A program made the position numbers and the translations under genes. Below are positions 1-10,618 of a stretch of 64,000 nucleotides of DNA, one piece after another (position 1 is the first letter of the stretch; every line of letters begins with the position of its first letter). The notes under the pieces are model-generated. The model searched no databases. It saw only the letters and a program-made list of their open reading frames with translations, and had not been told where the DNA came from. Source of the DNA: Mustelus asterias (lineage: Eukaryota); NCBI RefSeq assembly GCF_964213995.1, contig NC_135823.1:930001-994000 (forward strand), in the 5' to 3' direction.

Positions 1-296
1 TCGTCTTCTTGAGTAAAGAGAGTATTAGCCTGTTTTGCCTTTCCTGTTAGTTATGACATCTCAGTCCAGCTATCCTTCTTAGAATACCGATTCCAGTGTC
101 GCAGTTTCTTCTTTGTACGATGGGGCGGCACAGATGTGCATAGTTAGTCCCAATACGAAACAAGGTCTTTGATACAAAAAAACTGATTGGCGATACAATT
201 ATATTACCTCCAGTTGGGTTTGTATTTTCCCAGTGAACAAGCAATTGTATCAAAAAGAGTCGTGAATCAAAATGATTCACAGCGAATGTGCCAACA

Positions 297-590
297 GGGT
301 GGCACAGTGGCACAATTTTTAGTACTGTTGCCACACAGCGCCAGTGATCTGAGTTTAATTCCTGTCTTGGATCACAGTGTGTGGAGTCTGCACGTTTCCC
401 CCATGTCTGCGTGGGTCTCCTTCTGGTGCTCCGGTTTTGTCCCACAGTCCGATAGCCGTGCTGGTTAAGTGCATTGGCCATGCTAAATCTTCCTCACTGT
501 ACCCGAACAGGCGCCAGACTATGGCACCCATGGGATTTTCACTGTAACGTCATTGTAGTGTTAATGTCAGCCAAATTATGACACGAATCA
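297..590 (+). mobile_element. HE1-type tRNA SINE
   Basis: Matches the window's recurrent SINE consensus ggcacagtggttagcactgctgcctcacagcgccaggg..aacaggcgccggagtgtggcgac. Confidence 0.75.
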
Positions 591-659
591 TTTTTGTTTT
601 CACAGTCGAAACGGTTACGTGTTATCGCATCGATTTGTAAACTGTGGGTGAGTTTAACC

Positions 660-1010
660 TGATGGAACTTGATAAAATAATGAGAGGCAGAGATAAAGTG
701 ATGAGACAAGTTCTTTTTCTCAGGGAAGGAAAGTACAAAATCAGAGGGCATTGGTTGAATGTGAGAAGGGAGCGATTTTAAAAAGACCTGAGGGGAAACC
801 TCTTCACACAGAGGGTGGTGCGTATGTGGAATAAGCTGCCAGAGCAGGTTGTAGAAGGCAGGGATAACTACAACAATTTGGACAGGAACATGGATGGAAA
901 AGCTTTAGAAGGTTATGGGACAGATGCAGGCAAATGGGTTCATCGTAGGAAACATGGGTGGCATCCAAGGGCTGGGCCGAAGGGCCTGTTTCCGTGCCAT
1001 GTATCTCTCT
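660..1010 (+). mobile_element. CR1 LINE 3' fragment
   Basis: Degenerate ORF2 C-terminus (RVVRMWNKLPEQVVE) and CR1-type 3' UTR gggccgaagggcctgttt. Confidence 0.75.
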
Positions 1011-1711
1011 CTCATTGTAAAGCAGCCTGTTCTCTCTTTACTCCAATGCACCCCAGGCTGCAAATACTCCCCAATCTGCAGTTTAACACTTAGTCCCAAT
1101 GTTTGACCACTGCAGGCAATTCTGGACATGAAGCGCCTCAACTGTAAAAAAAGGAAAGGCACTGACGGCTTCTGGTTCGAACATCAGTTTCCATCTCAAG
1201 CATGAAGTGCTGAAGTGGTCAGGATTTTGGACAGCGATCTCCGCCGCTCAGTGCGTTTTGCACAACCCCAAATCGGCTGTGGGTCAGGGTATTTTGACAC
1301 TCACAGCAAACAGCTGCGGTCACAGGTAATGCGCCTCCTTACTGCCGAGCCCCGCTCTCTGCTGTTGCCTCTAATGACTCCCTTCTTCATCGTTCAAGAT
1401 GAAGCATTTCTGCAGAATAGTTCAGACGCTCTGTAAAGCTCAACACTCGCTGCTCATTTAGGAAGCCATTTTGTCAGTAATTCCTTCGAGCAGGCTCTTC
1501 ACATTCTGATTAATGTAACTCAATAATGATGGGGACTCATTCCTTCACAACCGGCTCACTGCCATCACACTCTGTAATATCCTCACGCATGCACGGTAAC
1601 AAATCAACAAGTTTGTCATATGCTGGAAGTGGATAGAGGGAGCGGAGGGAACATGGGAATAAGGCAACCTCCAACTGCCCTCGCGGCCACACCCCACGTT
1701 CACTGTATTCC

Positions 1712-2000
1712 TGTGGTCAGCACTGCTGCCTCACAGCGAGAGGGACCCGGGTTTGAATAGTCGCTTGGGTGACTGTGTGGAGTTTGCACGTTCTCACCGC
1801 GTCTGTGTGGGTTTCCTCCGGGTGCTTCGGTTTCCTCCTGCACTCCGAAAGACGTGCTGGTTAGGTGCTTTGGCCATGTTAAATTCTCCCACAGTGTACT
1901 CAAACAGGCGCCGGAGTGGGCTGATGAGGGGATTTTCACAGAAATTACATTGCACTGTTACTGTCAGCCGACCTGTGCGACTGACAAATAATACCTAAAT
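1712..2000 (+). mobile_element. HE1-type tRNA SINE
   Basis: Same consensus. Confidence 0.75.
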
Positions 2001-2189
2001 AACTCGTCCTTGTCTCGGAACGTTTATTTCTGGCCATCCTTCTGAAGGTCTCGTGATGAGGGTTTTCATTTTCTCTTCTGACTGGGCATGTTGACCCTTT
2101 TCCATACCTGTCATGTTGATGCAGGTTCTACTCTTTATCCTCATTGGGGTGAGATTCGGCTCAGCGGCTGAACGGGAGAGATTGTTCAA

Positions 2190-2482
2190 GTTTATTTGTT
2201 ATTAGTGTCACAAGCACTCTTGCATTAACACTGCAATTAAGTTACTTTGAAAATGCCTTGGTCGCCACACTCTGGCACCTGTTCGGGAAAACTTAGCAGG
2301 GCCAACGCACCGAACTAGCAAGACGTTTAAGCTATGGGAGGAAACTGGAGCACCCGGAGGAAACCCACTTTGACACGCGGAGAGCATGCAGACTCTGCAG
2401 ACAGTCAACCAAGGCCAGAATCTAACTTGGGTCCCTGGTGCTGTGGGACCGCAGTGCTAGCCACTGTGTCACCATGCCACCC
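2190..2482 (-). mobile_element. HE1-type tRNA SINE
   Basis: Same consensus, reverse strand. Confidence 0.75.
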
Positions 2483-2789
2483 AAGATTAAGAGCCATTGC
2501 TTTAAAATACTAATTGCAGTTTCTAGTTTCAGATAACCGTGTGAACAGATCCCACAGTGAACTGCGAGTCAGATAAACATTCTGTAAAGCTTATTGACAG
2601 TCTCATTGTATTTATGACCATCTCAAAACCAATTAATTCCCGAAAACATTCCAGTGGTACAGATCTTCCAACAATCTGTTCGTTTCTGAGTTATTGTGAG
2701 TTTGGTTAACATTCCGAACTCAGGATCTATTTATTTGCTGTGACCAATGGCTAAATGTCATCGAATTCAGGAAGAATGTTGGAGGGAAT

Positions 2790-3460
2790 GCCCCTGTCGG
2801 ATGAAGTGGAAATGGTCGAGAGCTTCAGGTTTCCTGGCTTCCAGATCCCCAACAACCTGTCCTGTTCCCTGCACGCCGACACGAGAGTTAAGAAAGCCCA
2901 TCGACGCCTTTACTTTAATCGGAAGCTAAGGAAATTCGCCCTCACCTCTACAGATGCACCATAGAAAGCATCCTTTCCGGATGTTTCACAGCTTGGTGAG
3001 GCTCCTGCTCTGACCAAGTACGCAAGAAACTACAAAGTGTTGTGAAAGATAGCCCAGTCCATCACGAAAACGCACCCTCCAGCTATGGAAAAGCAGCCGG
3101 CATAATCAAGGACCCCACGCACCCTGGACATACTCTCTACCCCTTCTTCCGTCAGCAAGCAAAATGCAAAATTCTGAGATCACGTACCAGCCGTCTCAAA
3201 ACTGCTTCTTCCCTGCTACCATCAGACTTTTGAATTGACCTTATATTAAGTTGATCTTTCTCTACGCCCTAGCTTTGACTGTGACACAATATTCTTGCAC
3301 CCTCTCCTTTCCCTTTATCCCTTGTATTCTGTTAACGGTCTGCTTTTCCTGCATTGCGCGCAAGAAACAAGGCTTTTCGCTTCAAGTGAATATATGTGAC
3401 AACGAAAAATCAAAGCACATCAAATCTCTATATTCTATGAATGGTATGTTTTGTCTGGAC
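2790..3460 (+). mobile_element. Rex1/Babar-like LINE 3' fragment
   Basis: EVEMVESFRF..KKAHRRLYFNRKLRKF and IIKDPTHPGHTL motifs; tail ending in aaatc repeats. Confidence 0.7.
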
Positions 3461-5539
3461 GACTCCTCAATTCCTTACACAAAGTGGGCATTGGTGAGCC
3501 CCTGTACATAATTTGGGCACCTCGTCTCTCTCCTCATGGTCTCCATTTAAAACATGAAGTGCTTCCATCTTGTCGCCCTGCGCGTGGCTGACCTTTCCAA
3601 AATTGATTATGGCTGCGTGTAAGTAGAAACAAGGGAACGTGAGATTTTGACCATACACAAAAGATGTTTTAGCAGTGATCTTAGAATCATTCACACCCCA
3701 GAAGAGCAACACTTCCTGGCGGATATATTGGTGAAAGTTTCCCGTGACCACTTCTGATCAGCTGCAAATGATTCACCATTAAGTTTCTTTTATAGAAAGT
3801 AGGTATTGGCTTAATTTTCCACTTTACTTGCTGTGTCAGTTGTTCTAACCCTGCAAATGCGCTACTCTAAAGGAGGAGTGATGAAGACACAAACCAACAA
3901 AGAGATGCAGGCTGACACAAAGTCGGTGGCCTGCGGTAACGCAGGGGATCGAAGTGCATGGTGAAAATGCACATTTTGCAGAGACTACGTGCTGTCGTTA
4001 AAATTGGCGCACTGTAAACTTCAGAGCAGTGCGAATTGTGGCTGAGCATTTCCTGTTTATATATTAAGAGCCCGCACACAGCTCAGTCTGCAACGAGAAA
4101 CATCTTCTGGCTCGTGCTCATCATGCATTGAGACTGATCCAAACTTTGTTCAAATGGCAATCTTGCTGAATTCAGCAACATGACTGTTTGTGGAATTCGA
4201 ATGGGCCCAGGGGATGCCAGAATGTGACTTTGAAATCATCCTAAACACCTTATTATAATCTCTTTATAGTAAACACGCACCGAATGTAGAAATATTTGAA
4301 ATGATTCAAATATTTTCATCACGCTTTCACTAAGTATATTTATCCCTCATGACTAGTATCTTAATTGCATCTCTTGATTAGCCGGCAATTGGCCAGCTAT
4401 TACAGGCTGGTCATAATACTTCACAGGAATCTCCTCCCATATCTATTTAACCACCGCCAACCATCAGCCCCACCGCACCCACGCCCCACCCCTGCCATTA
4501 AACCACCATTTCATTCCTTTCTCCTTCCTGAGTTTATCCATGTTCCCCATCAAATGCATCTCTGTCGATCGGAACACTCTGGGAACTACTTCCACATTAT
4601 CTCCATCCACTGAGTAAAGACTTTCCTGGTGAATTCACGATCGTCTTTAATAATAACGATATTATACTCCTGGTAGATCATCCTGTTTACTCCACACAAA
4701 CGTCCATAAAATGCCTCCTTCTACTCTGATGAATTCTTTCATAACTTTAAGGTTCATCGGGTCCTACGTCCCCCACCTTTAGCCTTGTCGTTCCTGGAGG
4801 GCAGATGGCTAGATATTCAATGCTTTTTTCCGATTATTATAACTGTCGAACTGGGTCCGTCCATGTTCTGGCCCAAGCGAATCATTGTTCGTGGTGTTCC
4901 TTGAACCCACGTTTTCAGACATCCGTGATCACACAGGTATCTAAACACGCATGGAATGTCTTTAACTCAGAATCATTCTCCGAATAATCCAGGAATAAAT
5001 ATTGTGGAAATGTTTTCAGCAAAAAGAATTACACGTTATTAATATATATTTTTCCCTGAGGTATAATATGCACCAGGGAACCGCGTAAGGCTGTTTTAAA
5101 TGTCTACAAAACTCAATGTCACGTCATTAAAACGGATGAATCTGTCATTATTAATTCGAAGAAAGATTTAGTGTATCACTCGATGGGTCATTAAGTGCTT
5201 CTTGTCAACTCGTCTCAGTTTGAATCGATGATTCAATTGCACCGCAGAACACGTTGGATTCATTCGAATCCTTGAGGATTGTGCAGGGGATGGGCACAAT
5301 GGATTAGGTTGCACAGATGCAATTGATGATTCGAGAGATTTGGACAATAGACGGCAAATAGCTGACTGTTGATTATGTGGATGTCTATATTTTAAACAGT
5401 GGAAGCTGAAATAAACAAAAAAGAAACAAAAAATAATAGAGAATAGGGAAGCGTGATTCAGCTGCCAAGAATGTGGTTCTATTCTCCAGAGTTGAGGAGA
5501 TTAAGGGGTGATTTGACAAGGAAGCATTCCATGCAAGGT

Positions 5540-6245
5540 CTAACACTGGGAATTTCTGAAGAACAAAGGGAACTTGGCATGTTTGTCCATCGATCTCTGA
5601 AGATGGAAAGACAGGTCAATAGGATGGTCAAAAAGGCATATGGAACACTCGGCTTTATCAATCGGAGTATAGTTTACCAAAGTAGAGAGGTCATGATGGA
5701 GTTGTATAGAAGTTTGGTGCGGCCACAGCTGGAGTACTGTGTGCAGTTCTGGTCGCCACATTATAGGAAGGAAGTGATTGCACTGGGAGATGTGGAGAGG
5801 AGATTTACCAGGATGCTGACAGGGATGGAACATTAAGTTGTGAGGAGAGGTTGAATTGGCTTCGGTTGTTTAAGTTGGGGCGGAGAAGAATGAGGGGGAC
5901 CTGATTGAACTGTTCAAGATTTGAGGGACATGGGCAGGGTGGATAAGGATCACCTGTTCCCCGTAGTTGAAGGGTCATTTACGAGGGGACAAAATTTAAA
6001 AGGGAGGGGACGGGAGGTTTATTTGATGAAAAACGTCTTTACTCAGTGGGTGGTGACGGTCTGGAGAGCACTCCCTTGGAAGATGGTGGAGCCGGGATGC
6101 CTCAGATTCTTTAAAATGTATCAGGCTGAGTACTTAGCACGCCATAACATTCAAAGCTATGGGCCAAGTGCTGGCAAGTGGGCAGGGCATTTTATGCGTC
6201 GGTTCTGCACTATAGTAGTCTGTAATTCTGTGATTCTGTGATTCC
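5540..6245 (+). mobile_element. CR1 LINE 3' fragment
   Basis: LYRSLVRPQLEYCVQFWSPHYRK..RRFTRM motif; tail of (gattctgt)n. Confidence 0.85.
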
Positions 6246-6324
6246 GCGATCTGATATTTTACAAGAACGTGGAATAATAATGTAAGACCGACAGGGGGTA
6301 ACTATTTCCTCTGTTTGGGAATCG

Positions 6325-7155
6325 TGTTGTTGCCCAGGCCCGAAACTTCAAGGTGTTTTGTGAAATTAGCCTAGACCCTATGTTTTACATTTGATTTCTT
6401 TCATTAGGGTGAGCTTAAGGTGTTTCACTCAGAGTTTGATTCAAGTCATCCACCAGGAAGATTTTATCAAACAAAGTTTATTTAAGAACAAAGTTAAAAT
6501 ATGTCAAAAAGAATTAGCTTAAATTTCCCAATTACAAGAATTAATCATGGCACTGTATAATTCTTAGCAGCTATCTATCTCTTTTGTTCCAACTTAATGC
6601 AATACCAAATTTCCAGCCTTTCACACAGAAGGACAGAAATCCAAACAGCCGTTTTTAGAGAAGTATAGAACATCATTTCGGAAAACAGTGAAGTAAATCT
6701 CGTCTCTGGCAGCTTCCAGCCTTCAACAGCAGAGACCAAAAAGAATACCTTTCTCTTTCTCTCCTTGCAGCTTTTAAAACAGCAACACGCAGACAGCTGA
6801 ATCTCCAACTCCAGAGAGGGGAAAAAACAGACCCTGTCCTCTCTCAAGTCCAAACAGCATGTGGAAAAGCAAGAAAGCAGGAATTCTCTCTGAGATATTC
6901 GCTGTCCACAGCCAAATGACCTAACCTGTCAATCCTCCCAATCAAGATCTACGCTGCAATCCCAGGGAAACATTCAAGAACTGAACACTATTTAGTTCAG
7001 AATAAAACAAACATTGTTTCAATTAAGCTGTTTCAGAAACAATGGAGGATACCATTGGAGACAAAACGGCTCCGATAAAATGCCAAGGACTGCTGGAGAC
7101 ATCCTGCAGAGAGGCATGACTTAAGTACATTTCTTAAAGGCACAGTATCGTCACA
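6325..7155 (-). mobile_element. Putative solo LTR (family also at ~25385-26402 and ~54650-55408)
   Basis: Discrete ~0.8-1 kb non-coding repeat bounded by TG..CA, with AATAAA-like signal near one end; no clear TSD. Confidence 0.5.
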
Positions 7156-7419
7156 GTGGACTGAGTCATAAACGAGACCGTGTGGGTGTGGTAACCTGAG
7201 GGCTGGTTGTGATGTTGCTCAATAATGGAATCTGGTCATTTATATGTGACGTGTTCACACCTCCTTAAACAAAGAGGAGACGGAATCTATAACTCGTAAC
7301 TTCAAGTAGCTGCTGAGGCCAGGGCTCAACAGAAACCGTCAGAACAGAAATGGGTAGCTTGTTGTTTGTTAACTGAACATATGGTTTTGCATGCAAGCCG
7401 AGTGGATGCAGTTAAGATA

Positions 7420-7740
7420 TTAACATAGAAACATCGAAGATAGGAGCAGGAGGAGACCATTTGGCCCTCAATAGATTGTGGAACTCAATAGCCTAATCCT
7501 GCTTTTCCTCCATGACCTTTGATCCCATTCGCCCCAAGTGCTATATCGAGCCACCTCTTGATTACATTGAATGCTTTGGCATCAACTACTTCTGGACAGG
7601 CTCACCACTCTTTGCGTTCGGAAATGTCTCCTCACATTCGACCTAAATGGTCCACCCTGAATCCTCAGACTATAGACCCTGGTTCTCGACTCCCTCATCA
7701 CAGGGAAAATCCTGCATGCATCTTTCCTGTCTATTCCTAA
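7420..7740 (-). mobile_element. CR1 LINE 3' fragment
   Basis: ESRTRVYSLRIQGGPFRSNVRRHFRTQRVV; absent at the orthologous site of the 54.3 kb copy. Confidence 0.75.
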
Positions 7741-9431
7741 TTTTTTGATCTGGCTGGGCAGAAATAAACTGAATGAGGGGCTGAATGGCCTCCTACTGCT
7801 AGCATATACATGAGGAGAATAAATAGTAATTTTAAGCGTTGGTAAAAGAGGAATAAGCCTGATATTCATGCTGTGATTGATTGACTACGGGACAAAAGTG
7901 AAGATGCAAACAGCCGACAGAGACGTGACAGGCTCTTCCTGTGCTGTACTTGGGTAAAGTTCTCTGATCCAATTCTGTAAAATCGACTTAGCGGTGTTAT
8001 CCAAAGTGAACATGGATTGCAAATAATCTTGTCTCAGCAATGAATACAGTTGTGTTCACTACCAGTGCACAACCAGTTCAAAGTTGCACTCACACTGCAT
8101 TTTTTTCATTCATCCAGCGAGAATCCCGAACCAATTACGAAACTCTCTTGTCAGCCATTTTCCCCACTTCCAAAGCACACACCTGCCCTTCAAAACTATA
8201 TTTGCTAATTAGCTGAAGCGCCACCAGAAACGCATTTGGGATGAACCCTTCTCGAAAATGGAATCATGCAGCTTACATTGGTATTCAAAACCTGTTTTAA
8301 TAAATTAGTAACTCGGATGCAGTTACATTTTGAATGATTTATTGCAACTTTGAATGAGATAATGCAGAATATAATTGTAAAAATCAATGTAAGAAATTAG
8401 AAGCAGAAAGAAGTGAAATTGTACTGGAGGCGACATTCTGTCTGGAGAACGGCGGACATTACGAGAGAATTTGTTTTCCGCTTTGGGCGCCATCACAGCA
8501 TTGAGCCGCCAATCCGTCCTAATTTGCTCCAGTTGGACCTTCAGAATTCCTTGTGCGACAAGAGGAAAATTTCTGCAACACTAGATATAGAGGAAACGCA
8601 CAGTTCTCTCTCTCTCTCTCTCTTTCCTCACGAGTTAGTTTGTTGGATCCAGGTTAAAGACGAAGCCAGCGTAAACAGGCTGTGGATGAAAAGTGATCTC
8701 TTAATGTAATCTTCACCATCATAAAAGGGATAGGTGAGGCCATTGAGCCCATCCACTCTCTTCAACTGGATCATGGGTGACAGGTATCTTAGATCACATG
8801 CACCCACTAATGTTGAATAATCATTAATCCACTCCATTATATAAATCTATTCATCTGAGTTCTAAGCATTCCAGCTGGTAACTGGCGTGAAAAGCTTATC
8901 CTTACCCGGGAGAGAGTTCTAAAATTCGACTCCCATTGTGTGATGGATCAATTATCTGACATGGACGCCAAGGCTTCCAAGTTAATATTCTGCTTCCTTG
9001 TCTGTACATCCCGGTCAAACACAGACCCTCCCACCCTCTCTCCACGCCACGCCCACCGCCCCCTGCCCCCCGCCCCACTTCCGCTGCATCTTCCAGTGCC
9101 ACTGACGTAGAAAACCCGCCGTGCATTCCCTGGCGGCGGAGGACTGCAAACAACGGGAAACCCAGGTGACAAGAAGGTCAAAAACACATTGCTGTGGAAA
9201 TAGAGGGGCGGGGAGGGTGGTGTTGCCTCCAGAAAATCCCGCCAACGGGATGGACTGGGGAACTCGGCCCATGATATATATTAGACAAGAAGAAGGGTAG
9301 TACAAGCTCGAAATGTCTTTGTCTCCACAGATGCTGTCAGACTTGCAGAGTTTTTTTTCCTCCAGAATCAACTGTGTTCATTTTGAATTTTGAACGTTGG
9401 ATTAAAAATTACGAGAAGTATCCATGCCTAC

Positions 9432-10290
9432 ATGACCATAAGATCATAAGACATAGGAGCATAATTAGGCCACTCGGCCCATCGAATCAGCTCCACCATT
9501 CAATCATGGCTGATATTTTTTCACGTCTCCATTGCCCTGCCTTTTCCCCATAACGCCTTATACCTTGTTTAAACAAGAGCCTATCTATCTCTGCCTTAAA
9601 GACACTCAATGACCTGTCCTCCACAACCTTCTCCGGCAAATTGTTCCACAGATTCACCACTCTCTGGCTGAAGAAATTCCTCCTCATCTCAGTTTTAAAC
9701 GATTGTCCCTTTAGCCTGAGTTTATGCCCTCTGCTTCTAGTTTTTTCTACAAGTGCAAACACCCCCTCCATCGCTACTCTATCCATACCTCGCAGTATAC
9801 TGTAAGTTTCAATAAGATCCCCCTTCATCCTTCTAAACTCCAAGAAGTTCAGACCCAGAGTTCCAAATGTTTTCTATGCGGCAAGCTTTTCATTCCAGGG
9901 TTCATTCTTGTGCAAATACTGTGGACGCTTTCCAAGGCCAGCACATTCTTCCTGAGGTACGGGGTCCACATTGCTCACAATACTCCAAATGGGTCTGACC
10001 AAAACCTTATACAACCTCAGAAGGACATCCCTGCTGTTGTATTCTAGCTCTCTCGACATGAAAGCTAACATTGCAATTGCCATCCAAACTGCTGCCTGAA
10101 ACTGCACGTTAGCCTGCAGAGAATCTTGAAGAAGGGTTCCCAAAGATAGTCTTTGCCTCCATTCCTCTTTCTAAAGTGCATAACCTCACAATTTCCCACA
10201 TTTTATTCCATCTGCCACTTCTTTGCCCACTCTCCTAACCTGTCCGAGTCCCCCTGCAGCCCCCCGGTTTCCTCAATATTACCTGTCCAT
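9432..10290 (-). mobile_element. CR1 LINE 3' fragment
   Basis: RRMKGDLIETYSIL..RRNFFSQRVVNLWNNLP; absent from the paralogous site at ~52710. Confidence 0.85.
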
Positions 10291-10487
10291 TAAACAAGAA
10301 GTATATCTCTTTATTCTCTTGGTGAGTTCTGCTATCTGTCAGGTTCTTAGCACTATTTGTGTTGCCTTTTTAATGGAAAAAAAAACCTTGAGCTAAAAGG
10401 TTACATTTCACACATTTCGTTCACAGGGTCAATAAATCAGTGATAATAGAGTGAATTAAGGACGCCGCGGGGTTAGATTTTCTGCTA

Positions 10488-10618
10488 TCAATCGCTACCT
10501 ATCTGCCGATTCCTGCGGTTCCATCTCCTGGCCACAAAGACCAATCCCAGAAGGAGAAGCGCCGCGGCCACCAAACCCCCGAAAAGCGAGACAATGCAAG
10601 CCGCGGTTACCGGAATAT
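10488..10618 (-). CDS. Gene A connecting-peptide/TM exon DIPVTAACIVSLFGGLVAAALLLLGLVFVARRWNRRNRQI(GSD*)
   Basis: Strong polypyrimidine acceptor tttttttctttttcag|, phase 1, membrane-proximal Cys, ~22 uncharged residues then an Arg cluster; ends at stop 10488 or at donor AG|GTAG 10499/10498. Confidence 0.85.

Larger units (their letters stand above)
1..3460. repeat. Segmental duplication: inverted homologue of ~27050-31180 (gene B upstream region)
   Basis: Unique-sequence matches such as 1-70 vs 31111-31180, 71-300 vs 29345-29566 and 2520-2790 vs 27690-27965, plus shared SINE/Rex1 insertions in mirrored order. Confidence 0.85.

Noticed and set aside
4775-4945. ITIM-like IEYLAI on minus strand followed by a donor-like AAG|GTGGGG
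   Set aside because: Frame closed by TAA TAA just upstream, and both paralogous copies have TAG at the Tyr codon.
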